This document shows positions 11,661 through 26,600 of a stretch of 64,000 bases of DNA, in pieces. The notes under the pieces were generated by a model. The model worked only from the letters and a program-made list of their open reading frames with translations. It was not told where the DNA came from and searched no databases. Numbering within the stretch: the first letter of the stretch is position 1; each line of letters begins with the position of its first letter. The position numbers and the translations under genes are program-made. The DNA lies in the NCBI GenBank assembly GCA_040954595.2, contig CM082592.2, forward strand, positions 8,729,677-8,793,676, read 5' to 3'. The stretch is from Balanoglossus misakiensis (taxonomy: Eukaryota > Animalia > Hemichordata).

Positions 11661-14600
11661 GAAATTTTTTGGGTTATAGCTCATGAAAATCGTCAAAAAA
11701 ATGACAATTTTTCGACTTTGCGGAATATCAAAATTTGGCCGATTTTTGAAAAAATCATGGGTTATAGCTCATGAAAATCGTCAAAAAATGACAATTTTTC
11801 GACTTGGCGGAATTTCAAAATTTGGCCGATTTTTGAAAAAATCATGGGTTATAGCTCATGAAAATCGTCAAAAAATGACAATTTTTCGACTTTGTTGAAT
11901 TTCAAAAATTGGCCGATTTTTGAAAAAATCATGGGTTATAGCTCATGAAAATCGTCAAAAAATGACAATTTTTCGACTTTCCGGAATATCAAAATTTGGC
12001 CGAGTTTTGAAAAAATCATGGGTTATAGCTCATGAAAATCGTCAAAAAATGACAATTTTTCGACTTTCCGGAATATCAAAATTTGGCCGAGTTTTGAAAA
12101 AATCATGGGTTATAGCTCATGAAGATCGTCAAAAAATGACAATTTTTCGACTTTGCGGAATTTCAAAATTTGGCCGATTTTTGAAAAAATCATGGGTTAT
12201 AGCTCATGAAAATCGTCAAAAAATGACAATTTTTCGACTTTGCGGAACATCAAAATTTGGCCGATTTTTGAAAAAATCATGGGTTATTATAGCTCATGAA
12301 AATCGTCAAAAAATGACCATTTTTCGACTTTTCGAATTTTCAAAATTTGGTCATTTTTTGAAAAAACCATGGGTTATAGCTCAGGAAAATGTTGAAAAAT
12401 CGACCATTTTTCGACTTTTCGAATTTTCAAAATTTGGTCATTTTTTGAAAAAACCATGGGTTATAGCTCAGGAAAATGTTGAAAAATCGACGATTTTTCG
12501 GATTTTCGAATTTTCAAAATTTGGTCATTTTTTGAAAAAACCATGGGTTATAGCTCAGGAAAATGTTGAAAAATCGACGATTTTTCGACTTTTCGAATTT
12601 TCAAAATTTGGTCATTTTTTGAAAAAACCATGGGTTATAGCTCAGGAAAATGTTGAAAAATCGACGATTTTTCGACTTTTCGAATTTTCAAAATTTGGTC
12701 ATTTTTTGAAAAAACCATGGGTTATAGCTCAGGAAAATGTTGAAAAATCGACGATTTTTCGGATTTTCGAATTTTCAAAATTTGGTCATTTTTTGAAAAA
12801 ACCATGGGTTATAGCTCAGGAAAATGTTGAAAAATCGACGATTTTTCGACTTTTCGAATTTTCAAAATTTGGTCATTTTTTGAAAAAACCATGGGTTATA
12901 GCTCAGGAAAATGTTGAAAAATCGACGATTTTTCGGATTTTCGAATTTTCAAAATTTGGTCATTTTTTGAAAAAACCATGGGTTATAGCTCAGGAAAATG
13001 TTGAAAAATCGACCATTTTTCGACTTTTCGAATTTTCAAAATTTGGTCATTTTTTGAAAAAACCATGGGTTATAGCTCAGGAAAATGTTGAAAAATCGAC
13101 GATTTTTCGGATTTTCGAATTTTCAAAATTTGGTCATTTTTTGAAAAAACCATGGGTTATAGCTCAGGAAAATGTTGAAAAATCGACCATTTTTCGACTT
13201 TTCGAATTTTCAAAATTTGGTCATTTTTTGAAAAAAACATGGGTTATAGCTCAGGAAAATGTTGAAAAATCGACCATTTTTCGACTTTTCGAATTTTCAA
13301 AATTTGGTCATTTTTTGAAAAAACCATGGGTTATAGCTCAGGAAAATGTTGAAAAATCGACCATTTTTCGACTTTTCGAATTTTCAAAATTTGGTCATTT
13401 TTTGAAAAAACCATGGGTTATAGCTCAGGAAAATGTTGAAAAATCGACCATTTTTCGACTTTTCGAATTTTCAAAATTTGGTCATTTTTTGAAAAAACCA
13501 TGGGTTATAGCTCAGGAAAATGTTGAAAAATCGACCATTTTTCGACTTTTCGAATTTTCAAAATTTGGTCATTTTTTGAAAAAACCATGGGTTATAGCTC
13601 AGGAAAATGTTGAAAAATCGACGATTTTTCGACTTTTCGAATTTTCAAAATTTGGTCATTTTTTGAAAAAACCATGGGTTATAGCTCAGGAAAATGTTGA
13701 AAAATCGACGATTTTTCGGATTTTCGAATTTTCAAAATTTGGTCATTTTTTGAAAAAACCATGGGTTATAGCTCAGGAAAATGTTGAAAAATCGACCATT
13801 TTTCGACTTTTCGAATTTTCAAAATTTGGTCATTTTTTGAAAAAACCATGGGTTATAGCTCAGGAAAATGTTGAAAAATCGACCATTTTTCGACTTTTCG
13901 AATTTTCAAAATTTGGTCATTTTTTGAAAAAACCATGGGTTATAGCTCAGGAAAATGTTGTCAAATCGACCATTTTTCGACTTTTCGAATTTTCAAAATT
14001 TGGTCATTTTTTGAAAAAACCATGGGTTATAGCTCAGGAAAATGTTGAAAAATCGACCATTTTTCGACTTTTCGAATTTTCAAAATTTGGTCATTTTTTG
14101 AAAAAACCATGGGTTATAGCTCAGGAAAATGTTGAAAAATCGACCATTTTTCGACTTTTCGAATTTTCAAAATTTGGTCATTTTTTGAAAAAACCATGGG
14201 TTATAGCTCAGGAAAATGTTGAAAAATCGACGATTTTTCGACTTTTCGAATTTTCAAAATTTGGTCATTTTTTGAAAAAACCATGGGTTATAGCTCAGGA
14301 AAATGTTGAAAAATCGACGATTTTTCGACTTTTCGAATTTTCAAAATTTGGTCATTTTTTGAAAAAACCATGGGTTATAGCTCAGGAAAATGTTGAAAAA
14401 TCGACCATTTTTCGACTTTTCGAATTTTCAAAATTTGTGTCATTTTTTGAAAAAACCATGGGTTATAGCTCAGGAAAATGTTGAAAAATCGACCATTTTT
14501 CGACTTTTCGAATTTTCAAAATTTGGTCATTTTTTTAAAAAACCATGGGTTATAGCTCAGGAAAATGTTGAAAAATCGACGATTTTTCGACTTTTCGAAT

Positions 14601-17600
14601 TTTCAAAATTTGGTCATTTTTTGAAAAAACCATGGGTTATAGCTCAGGAAAATGTTGAAAAATCGACGATTTTTCGGATTTTCGAATTTTCAAAATTTGG
14701 TCATTTTTTGAAAAAACCATGGGTTATAGCTCAGGAAAATGTTGAAAAATCGACGATTTTTCGACTTTTCGACTTTTCAAAATTTGGTCATTTTTTGAAA
14801 AAACCATGGGTTATAGCTCAGGAAAATGTTGAAAAATCGACGATTTTTCGACTTTTCGAATTTTCAAAATTTGGTCATTTTTTGAAAAAACCATGGGTTA
14901 TAGCTCAGGAAAATGTTGAAAAATCGACGATTTTTCGACTTTTCGACTTTTCAAAATTTGGTCATTTTTTGAAAAAACCATGGGTTATAGCTCAGGAAAA
15001 TGTTGAAAAATCGACGATTTTTCGACTTTTCGAATTTTCAAAATTTGGTCATTTTTTTAAAAAACCATGGGTTATAGCTCAGGAAAATGTTGAAAAATCG
15101 ACCATTTTTCGTCTTTTCGAATTTTCAAAATTTGGTCATTTTTTGAAAAAACCATGGGTTATAGCTCAAGAAAATGTTGAAAAATCGACCATTTTTCGAC
15201 TTTTCGAATTTTCAAAATTTGGTCATTTTTTGAAAAAACCATGGGTTATAGCTCAGGAAAATGTTGAAAAATCGACCATTTTTCGACTTTTCGAATTTTC
15301 AAAATTTGGTCATTTTTTGAAAAAACCATGGGTTATAGCTCAGGAAAATGTTGAAAAATCGACGATTTTTCGACTTTTCGAATTTTCAAAATTTGGTCAT
15401 TTTTTGATAAAACCATGGGTTATAGCTCAGGAAAATGTTGAAAAATCGACCATTTTTCGACTTTTCAAAATTTGGTCATTTTTTGATAAAACCATGGGTT
15501 ATAGCTCAGGAAAATGTTGAAAAATCGACCATTTTTCGACTTTTCGAATTTTCAAAATTTGGTCATTTTTTGAAAAAACCATGGGTTATAGCTCAGGAAA
15601 ATGTTGAAAAATCGACGATTTTTCGACTTTTCGAATTTTCAAAATTTGGTCATTTTTTGAAAAAACCATGGGTTATAGCTCAGGAAAATGTTGAAAAATC
15701 GACGATTTTTCGACTTTTCGAATTTTCAAAATTTGGTCATTTTTTGAAAAAACCATGGGTTATAGCTCAGGAAAATGTTGAAAAATCGACGATTTTTCGA
15801 CTTTTCGAATTTTCAAAATTTGGTCATTTTTTGAAAAAACCATGTTTTATAGCTCAGGAAAATGTTGAAAAATCGACGATTTTTCGACTTTTCGAATTTT
15901 CAAAATTTGGTCATTTTTTGAAAAAACCATGGGTTATAGCTCAGGAAAATGTTGAAAAATCGACGATTTTTCGACTTTTCGAATTTTCAAAATTTGGTCA
16001 TTTTTTGAAAAAACCATGGGTTATAGCTCAGGAAAATGTTGAAAAATCGACCATTTTTCGACTTTTCGAATTTTCAAAATTTGGTCATTTTTTGAAAAAA
16101 CCATGGGTTATAGCTCAGGAAAATGTTGAAAAATCGACGATTTTTCGACTTTTCGAATTTTCAAAATTTGGTCATTTTTTGAAAAAACCATGGGTTATAG
16201 CTCAGGAAAATGTTGAAAAATCGACCATTTTTCGACTTTTCGAATTTTCAAAATTTGGTCATTTTTTGAAAAAACCATGGGTTATAGCTCAGGAAAATGT
16301 TGAAAAATCGACGATTTTTCGACTTTTCGAATTTTCAAAATTTGGTCATTTTTTTGAAAAAACCATGGGTTATAGCTCAGGAAAATGTTGAAAAATCGAC
16401 GATTTTTCGACTTTTCGAATTTTCAAAATTTGGTCATTTTTTGAAAAAACCATGGGTTATAGCTGAGGAAAATGTTGAAAAATCGACGATTTTTCGACTT
16501 TTCGAATTTTCAAAATTTGGTCATTTTTTGAAAAAACCATGGGTTATAGCTGAGGAAAATGTTGAAAAATCGACGATTTTTCGACTTTTCGAATTTTCAA
16601 AATTTGGTCATTTTTTGAAAAAACCATGGGTTATAGCTGAGGAAAATGTTGAAAAATCGACGATTTTTCGACTTTTCGAATTTTCAAAATTTGGTCATTT
16701 TTTGAAAAAACCATGGGTTATAGCTCAGGAAAATGTTGAAAAATCGACGATTTTTCGACTTTTCGAATTTTCAAAATTTGGTCATTTTTTGAAAAAACCA
16801 TGGGTTATAGCTCAGGAAAATGTTGAAAAATCGACCATTTTTCGACTTTTCGAATTTTCAAAATTTGGTCATTTTTTGAAAAAACCATGGGTTATAGCTC
16901 AGGAAAATGTTGAAAAATCGACCATTTTTCGACTTTTCGAATTTTCAAAATATGGTCATTTTTTGAAAAAACCATGGGTTATAGCTCAGGAAAATGTTGA
17001 AAAATCGACCATTTTTCGACTTTTCGAATTTTCAAAATTTGGTCATTTTTTGAAAAAACCATGGGTTATAGCTCAGGAAAATGTTGAAAAATCGACGATT
17101 TTTCGACTTTTCGAATTTTCAAAATTTGGTCATTTTTTGAAAAAACCATGGGTTATAGCTCAGGAAAATGTTGAAAAATCGACGATTTTTCGACTTTTCG
17201 AATTTTCAAAATTTGGTCATTTTTTGAAAAAACCATGGGTTATAGCTCAGGAAAATGTTGAAAAATCGACCATTTTTCGACTTTTCGAATTTTCAAAATT
17301 TGGTCATTTTTTGAAAAAACCATGGGTTATAGCTCAGGAAAATGTTGAAAAATCGACCATTTTTCGACTTTTCGAATTTTCAAAATTTGTGTCATTTTTT
17401 GAAAAAACCATGGGTTATAGCTCAGGAAAATGTTGAAAAATCGACCATTTTTCGACTTTTCGAATTTTCAAAATTTGGTCATTTTTTTAAAAAACCATGG
17501 GTTATAGCTCAGGAAAATGTTGAAAAATCGACGATTTTTCGACTTTTCGAATTTTCAAAATTTGGTCATTTTTTGAAAAAACCATGGGTTATAGCTCAGG

Positions 17601-20600
17601 AAAATGTTGAAAAATCGACGATTTTTCGGATTTTCGAATTTTCAAAATTTGGTCATTTTTTGAAAAAACCATGGGTTATAGCTCAGGAAAATGTTGAAAA
17701 ATCGACGATTTTTCGACTTTTCGACTTTTCAAAATTTGGTCATTTTTTGAAAAAACCATGGGTTATAGCTCAGGAAAATGTTGAAAAATCGACGATTTTT
17801 CGACTTTTCGAATTTTCAAAATTTGGTCATTTTTTGAAAAAACCATGGGTTATAGCTCAGGAAAATGTTGAAAAATCGACGATTTTTCGACTTTTCGACT
17901 TTTCAAAATTTGGTCATTTTTTGAAAAAACCATGGGTTATAGCTCAGGAAAATGTTGAAAAATCGACGATTTTTCGACTTTTCGAATTTTCAAAATTTGG
18001 TCATTTTTTTAAAAAACCATGGGTTATAGCTCAGGAAAATGTTGAAAAATCGACCATTTTTCGTCTTTTCGAATTTTCAAAATTTGGTCATTTTTTGAAA
18101 AAACCATGGGTTATAGCTCAAGAAAATGTTGAAAAATCGACCATTTTTCGACTTTTCGAATTTTCAAAATTTGGTCATTTTTTGAAAAAACCATGGGTTA
18201 TAGCTCAGGAAAATGTTGAAAAATCGACCATTTTTCGACTTTTCGAATTTTCAAAATTTGGTCATTTTTTGAAAAAACCATGGGTTATAGCTCAGGAAAA
18301 TGTTGAAAAATCGACGATTTTTCGACTTTTCGAATTTTCAAAATTTGGTCATTTTTTGATAAAACCATGGGTTATAGCTCAGGAAAATGTTGAAAAATCG
18401 ACCATTTTTCGACTTTTCAAAATTTGGTCATTTTTTGATAAAACCATGGGTTATAGCTCAGGAAAATGTTGAAAAATCGACCATTTTTCGACTTTTCGAA
18501 TTTTCAAAATTTGGTCATTTTTTGAAAAAACCATGGGTTATAGCTCAGGAAAATGTTGAAAAATCGACGATTTTTCGACTTTTCGAATTTTCAAAATTTG
18601 GTCATTTTTTGAAAAAACCATGGGTTATAGCTCAGGAAAATGTTGAAAAATCGACGATTTTTCGACTTTTCGAATTTTCAAAATTTGGTCATTTTTTGAA
18701 AAAACCATGGGTTATAGCTCAGGAAAATGTTGAAAAATCGACGATTTTTCGACTTTTCGAATTTTCAAAATTTGGTCATTTTTTGAAAAAACCATGTTTT
18801 ATAGCTCAGGAAAATGTTGAAAAATCGACGATTTTTCGACTTTTCGAATTTTCAAAATTTGGTCATTTTTTGAAAAAACCATGGGTTATAGCTCAGGAAA
18901 ATGTTGAAAAATCGACGATTTTTCGACTTTTCGAATTTTCAAAATTTGGTCATTTTTTGAAAAAACCATGGGTTATAGCTCAGGAAAATGTTGAAAAATC
19001 GACCATTTTTCGACTTTTCGAATTTTCAAAATTTGGTCATTTTTTGAAAAAACCATGGGTTATAGCTCAGGAAAATGTTGAAAAATCGACGATTTTTCGA
19101 CTTTTCGAATTTTCAAAATTTGGTCATTTTTTGAAAAAACCATGGGTTATAGCTCAGGAAAATGTTGAAAAATCGACCATTTTTCGACTTTTCGAATTTT
19201 CAAAATTTGGTCATTTTTTGAAAAAACCATGGGTTATAGCTCAGGAAAATGTTGAAAAATCGACGATTTTTCGACTTTTCGAATTTTCAAAATTTGGTCA
19301 TTTTTTTGAAAAAACCATGGGTTATAGCTCAGGAAAATGTTGAAAAATCGACGATTTTTCGACTTTTCGAATTTTCAAAATTTGGTCATTTTTTGAAAAA
19401 ACCATGGGTTATAGCTGAGGAAAATGTTGAAAAATCGACGATTTTTCGACTTTTCGAATTTTCAAAATTTGGTCATTTTTTGAAAAAACCATGGGTTATA
19501 GCTGAGGAAAATGTTGAAAAATCGACGATTTTTCGACTTTTCGAATTTTCAAAATTTGGTCATTTTTTGAAAAAACCATGGGTTATAGCTGAGGAAAATG
19601 TTGAAAAATCGACGATTTTTCGACTTTTCGAATTTTCAAAATTTGGTCATTTTTTGAAAAAACCATGGGTTATAGCTCAGGAAAATGTTGAAAAATCGAC
19701 GATTTTTCGACTTTTCGAATTTTCAAAATTTGGTCATTTTTTGAAAAAACCATGGGTTATAGCTCAGGAAAATGTTGAAAAATCGACCATTTTTCGACTT
19801 TTCGAATTTTCAAAATTTGGTCATTTTTTGAAAAAACCATGGGTTATAGCTCAGGAAAATGTTGAAAAATCGACCATTTTTCGACTTTTCGAATTTTCAA
19901 AATATGGTCATTTTTTGAAAAAACCATGGGTTATAGCTCAGGAAAATGTTGAAAAATCGACCATTTTTCGACTTTTCGAATTTTCAAAATTTGGTCATTT
20001 TTTGAAAAAACCATGGGTTATAGCTCAGGAAAATGTTGAAAAATCGACGATTTTTCGACTTTTCGAATTTTCAAAATTTGGTCATTTTTTGAAAAAACCA
20101 TGGGTTATAGCTCAGGAAAATGTTGAAAAATCGACGATTTTTCGACTTTTCGAATTTTCAAAATTTGGTCATTTTTTGAAAAAACCATGGGTTATAGCTC
20201 AGGAAAATGTTGAAAAATCGACCATTTTTCGACTTTTCGAATTTTCAAAATTTGGTCATTTTTTGAAAAAACCATGGGTTATAGCTCAGGAAAATGTTGA
20301 AAAATCGACGATTTTTCGACTTTTCGAATTTTCAAAATTTGGTCATTTTTTGAAAAAACCATGGGTTATAGCTCAGGAAAATGTTGAAAAATCGACGATT
20401 TTTCGACTTTTCGAATTTTCAAAATTTGGTCATTTTTTGAAAAAACCATGGGTTATAGCTCAGGAAAATGTTGAAAAATCGACCATTTTTCGACTTTTCG
20501 AATTTTCAAAATTTGGTCATTTTTTGAAAAAACCATGGGTTATAGCTCAGGAAAATGTTGAAAAATCGACCATTTTTCGACTTTTCGAATTTTCAAAATT

Positions 20601-23600
20601 TGGTCATTTTTTGAAAAAACCATGGGTTATAGCTCAGGAAAATGTTGAAAAATCGACGATTTTTCGGATTTTCGAATTTTCAAAATTTGGTCATTTTTTG
20701 AAAAAACCATGGGTTATAGCTCAGGAAAATGTTGAAAAATCGACGATTTTTCGGATTTTCGAATTTTCAAAATTTGGTCATTTTTTGAAAAAACCATGGG
20801 TTATAGCTCAGGAAAATGTTGAAAAATCGACGATTTTTCGACTTTTCGAATTTTCAAAATTTGGTCATTTTTTGAAAAAACCATGGGTTATAGCTCAGGA
20901 AAATGTTGAAAAATCGACCATTTTTCGACTTTTCGAATTTTCAAAATTTGGTCATTTTTTGAAAAAACCATGGGTTATAGCTCAGGAAAATGTTGAAAAA
21001 TCGACGATTTTTCGACTTTTCGAATTTTCAAAATTTGGTCATTTTTTGAAAAAACCATGGGTTATAGCTCAGGAAAATGTTGAAAAATCGACCATTTTTC
21101 GACTTTTCGAATTTTCAAAATTTGGTCATTTTTTGAAAAAACCATGGGTTATAGCTCAGGAAAATGTTGAAAAATCGACGATTTTTCGACTTTTCGAATT
21201 TTCAAAATTTAGGTCATTTTTTGAAAAAACCATGGGTTATAGCTCAGGAAAATGTTGAAAAATCGACCATTTTTCGACTTTTCGAATTTTCAAAATTTGG
21301 TCATTTTTTGAAAAAACCATGGGTTATAGCTCAGGAAAATGTTGAAAAATCGACCATTTTTCGACTTTTCGAATTTTCAAAATTTGGTCATTTTTTGAAA
21401 AAACCATGGGTTATAGCTCAGGAAAATGTTGAAAAATCGACCATTTTTCGACTTTTCGACTTTTCAAAATTTGGTCATTTTTTGAAAAAACCATGGGTTA
21501 TAGCTCAGGAAAATGTTGAAAAATCGACCATTTTTCGACTTTTCGACTTTTCAAAATTTGGTCATTTTTTGAAAAAACCATGGGTTATAGCTCAGGAAAA
21601 TGTTGAAAAATCGACCATTTTTCGACTTTTCGAATTTTCAAAATTTGGTCATTTTTTGAAAAAAACATGGGTTATAGCTCAGGAAAATGTTGAAAAATTC
21701 GACGATTTTTCGACTTTTCGACTTTTCAAAATTTGGTCATTTTTTGAAAAAACCATGGGTTATAGCTCAGGAAAATGTTGAAAAATCGACGATTTTTCGA
21801 CTTTTCGAATTTTCAAAATTTGGTCATTTTTTGAAAAAACCATGGGTTATAGCTCAGGAAAATGTTGAAAAATCGACGATTTTTCGACTTTTCGAATTTT
21901 CAAAATTTGGTCATTTTTTGAAAAAACCATGGGTTATAGCTCAGGAAAATGTTGAAAAATCGACGATTTTTCGACTTTTCGAATTTTCAAAATTTGGTCA
22001 TTTTTTTGAAAAAACCATGGGTTATAGCTCAGGAAAATGTTGAAAAATCGACGATTTTTCGACTTTTCGAATTTTCAAAATTTGGTCATTTTTTGAAAAA
22101 ACCATGGGTTATAGCTCAGGAAAATGTTGAAAAATCGACGATTTTTCGACTTTTCGAATTTTCAAAATTTGGTCATTTTTTGAAAAAACCATGGGTTATA
22201 GCTCAGGAAAATGTTGAAAAATCGACCATTTTTCGACTTTTCGAATTTTCAAAATTTGGTCATTTTTTGAAAAAACCATGGGTTATAGCTCAGGAAAATG
22301 TTGAAAAATCGACCATTTTTCGACTTTTCGAATTTTCAAAATTTGGTCATTTTTTGAAAAAACCATGGGTTATAGCTCAGGAAAATGTTGAAAAATCGAC
22401 CATTTTTCGACTTTTCGAATTTTCAAAATTTGGTCATTTTTTGAAAAAACCATGGGTTATAGCTCAGGAAAATGTTGAAAAATCGACCATTTTTCGACTT
22501 TTCGAATTTTCAAAATTTGGTCATTTTTTGAAAAAACCATGGGTTATAGCTCAGGAAAATGTTGAAAAATCGACCATTTTTCGACTTTTCGAATTTTCAA
22601 AATTTGGTCATTTTTTGAAAAAACCATGGGTTATAGCTCAGGAAAATGTTGAAAAATCGACCATTTTTCGACTTTTCGAATTTTCAAAATTTGGTCATTT
22701 TTTGAAAAAACCATGGGTTATAGCTCAGGAAAATGTTGAAAAATCGACGATTTTTCGACTTTTCGAATTTTCAAAATTTGGTCATTTTTTGAAAAAACCA
22801 TGGGTTATAGCTCAGGAAAATGTTGAAAAATCGACCATTTTTCGACTTTTCGAATTTTCAAAATTTGGTCATTTTTTGAAAAAACCATGGGTTATAGCTC
22901 AGGAAAATGTTGAAAAATCGACCATTTTTCGACTTTTCGAATTTTCAAAATTTGGTCATTTTTTGAAAAAACCATGGGTTATAGCTCAGGAAAATGTTGA
23001 AAAATCGACCATTTTTCGACTTTTCGAATTTTCAAAATTTGGTCATTTTTTGAAAAAACCATGGGTTATAGCTCAGGAAAATGTTGAAAAATCGACCATT
23101 TTTCGACTTTTCGAATTTTCAAAATTTGGTCATTTTTTGAAAAAACCATGGGTTATAGCTCAGGAAAATGTTGAAAAATCGACCATTTTTCGACTTTTCG
23201 AATTTTCAAAATTTGGTCATTTTTTGAAAAAACCATGGGTTATAGCTCAGGAAAATGTTGAAAAATCGACGATTTTTCGACTTTTCGAATTTTCAAAATT
23301 TGGTCATTTTTTGAAAAAACCATGGGTTATAGCTCAGGAAAATGTTGAAAAATCGACCATTTTTCGACTTTTCGACTTTTCAAAATTTGGTCATTTTTTG
23401 AAAAAACCATGGGTTATAGCTCAGGAAAATGTTGAAAAATCGACCATTTTTCGACTTTTCGACTTTTCAAAATTTGGTCATTTTTTGAAAAAAACATGGG
23501 TTATAGCTCAGGAAAATGTTGAAAAATCGACGATTTTTCGACTTTTCGACTTTTCAAAATTTGGTCATTTTTTGAAAAAAACATGGGTTATAGCTCAGGA

Positions 23601-26600
23601 AAATGTTGAAAAATCGACGATTTTTCGACTTTTCGACTTTTCAAAATTTGGTCATTTTTTGAAAAAACCATGGGTTATAGCTCAGGAAAATGTTGAAAAA
23701 TCGACCATTTTTCGACTTTTCGAATTTTCAAAATTTGGTCATTTTTTGAAAAAACCATGGGTTATAGCTCAGGAAAATGTTGAAAAATCGACGATTTTTC
23801 GACTTTTCGAATTTTCAAAATTTGGTCATTTTTTGAAAAAACCATGGGTTATAGCTCAGGAAAATGTTGAAAAATCGACCATTTTTCGACTTTTCGAATT
23901 TTCAAAATTTGGTCATTTTTTGAAAAAACCATGGGTTATAGCTCAGGAAAATGTTGAAAAATCGACGATTTTTCGACTTTTCGACTTTTCAAAATTTGGT
24001 CATTTTTTGAAAAAACCATGGGTTATAGCTCAGGAAAATGTTGAAAAATCGACGATTTTTCGACTTTTCGAATTTTCAAAATTTGGTCATTTTTTTGAAA
24101 AAACCATGGGTTATAGCTCAGGAAAATGTTGAAAAATCGACGATTTTTCGACTTTTCGAATTTTCAAAATTTGGTCATTTTTTGAAAAAACCATGGGTTA
24201 TAGCTCAGGAAAATGTTGAAAAATCGACCATTTTTCGACTTTTCGAATTTTCAAAATTTGGTCATTTTTTGAAAAAACCATGGGTTATAGCTCAGGAAAA
24301 TGTTGAAAAATCGACCATTTTTCGACTTTTCGACTTTTCAAAATTTGGTCATTTTTTGAAAAAACCATGGGTTATAGCTCAGGAAAATGTTGAAAAATCG
24401 ACCATTTTTCGACTTTTCGACTTTTCAAAATTTGGTCATTTTTTGAAAAAAACATGGGTTATAGCTCAGGAAAATGTTGAAAAATCGACGATTTTTCGAC
24501 TTTTCGAATTTTCAAAATTTGGTCATTTTTTGAAAAAACCATGGGTTATAGCTCAGGAAAATGTTGAAAAATCGACGATTTTTCGACTTTTCGAATTTTC
24601 AAAATTTGGTCATTTTTTGAAAAAACCATGGGTTATAGCTCAGGAAAATGTTGAAAAATCGACGATTTTTCGACTTTTCGAATTTTCAAAATTTGGTCAT
24701 TTTTTGAAAAAACCATGGGTTATAGCTCAGGAAAATGTTGAAAAATCGACGATTTTTCGACTTTTCGAATTTTCAAAATTTGGTCATTTTTTGAAAAAAC
24801 CATGGGTTATAGCTCAGGAAAATGTTGAAAAATCGACGATTTTTCGACTTTTCGAATTTTCAAAATTTGGTCATTTTTTTGAAAAAACCATGGGTTATAG
24901 CTCAGGAAAATGTTGAAAAATCGACGATTTTTCGACTTTTCGAATTTTCAAAATTTGGTCATTTTTTGAAAAAACCATGGGTTATAGCTCAGGAAAATGT
25001 TGAAAAATCGACGATTTTTCGACTTTTCGAATTTTCAAAATTTGGTCATTTTTTGAAAAAACCATGGGTTATAGCTCAGGAAAATGTTGAAAAATCGACG
25101 ATTTTTCGACTTTTCGAATTTTCAAAATTTGGTCATTTTTTGAAAAAACCATGGGTTATAGCTCAGGAAAATGTTGAAAAATCGACCATTTTTCGACTTT
25201 TCGAATTTTCAAAATTTGGTCATTTTTTGAAAAAACCATGGGTTATAGCTCAGGAAAATGTTGAAAAATCGACCATTTTTCGACTTTTCGAATTTTCAAA
25301 ATTTGGTCATTTTTTGAAAAAACCATGGGTTATAGCTCAGGAAAATGTTGAAAAATCGACCATTTTTCGACTTTTCGAATTTTCAAAATTTGGTCATTTT
25401 TTGAAAAAACCATGGGTTATAGCTCAGGAAAATGTTGAAAAATCGACGATTTTTCGACTTTTCGAATTTTCAAAATTTGGTCATTTTTTGAAAAAACCAT
25501 GGGTTATAGCTCAGGAAAATGTTGAAAAATCGACCATTTTTCGACTTTTCGAATTTTCAAAATTTGGTCATTTTTTGAAAAAACCATGGGTTATAGCTCA
25601 GGAAAATGTTGAAAAATCGACGATTTTTCGACTTTTCGACTTTTCAAAATTTGGTCATTTTTTGAAAAAACCATGGGTTATAGCTCAGGAAAATGTTGAA
25701 AAATCGACGATTTTTCGACTTTTCGAATTTTCAAAATTTGGTCATTTTTTTGAAAAAACCATGGGTTATAGCTCAGGAAAATGTTGAAAAATCGACGATT
25801 TTTCGACTTTTCGAATTTTCAAAATTTGGTCATTTTTTGAAAAAACCATGGGTTATAGCTCAGGAAAATGTTGAAAAATCGACCATTTTTCGACTTTTCG
25901 AATTTTCAAAATTTGGTCATTTTTTGAAAAAACCATGGGTTATAGCTCAGGAAAATGTTGAAAAATCGACCATTTTTCGACTTTTCGACTTTTCAAAATT
26001 TGGTCATTTTTTGAAAAAACCATGGGTTATAGCTCAGGAAAATGTTGAAAAATCGACCATTTTTCGACTTTTCGACTTTTCAAAATTTGGTCATTTTTTG
26101 AAAAAAACATGGGTTATAGCTCAGGAAAATGTTGAAAAATCGACGATTTTTCGACTTTTCGAATTTTCAAAATTTGGTCATTTTTTGAAAAAACCATGGG
26201 TTATAGCTCAGGAAAATGTTGAAAAATCGACGATTTTTCGACTTTTCGAATTTTCAAAATTTGGTCATTTTTTGAAAAAACCATGGGTTATAGCTCAGGA
26301 AAATGTTGAAAAATCGACGATTTTTCGACTTTTCGAATTTTCAAAATTTGGTCATTTTTTGAAAAAACCATGGGTTATAGCTCAGGAAAATGTTGAAAAA
26401 TCGACGATTTTTCGACTTTTCGAATTTTCAAAATTTGGTCATTTTTTGAAAAAACCATGGGTTATAGCTCAGGAAAATGTTGAAAAATCGACGATTTTTC
26501 GACTTTTCGAATTTTCAAAATTTGGTCATTTTTTTGAAAAAACCATGGGTTATAGCTCAGGAAAATGTTGAAAAATCGACGATTTTTCGACTTTTCGAAT

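Noticed and set aside
3102-20240. Rabaptin CDS length (2952 nt) equals the satellite duplication period (2952 bp)
   Set aside because: No sequence relationship; numerical coincidence.
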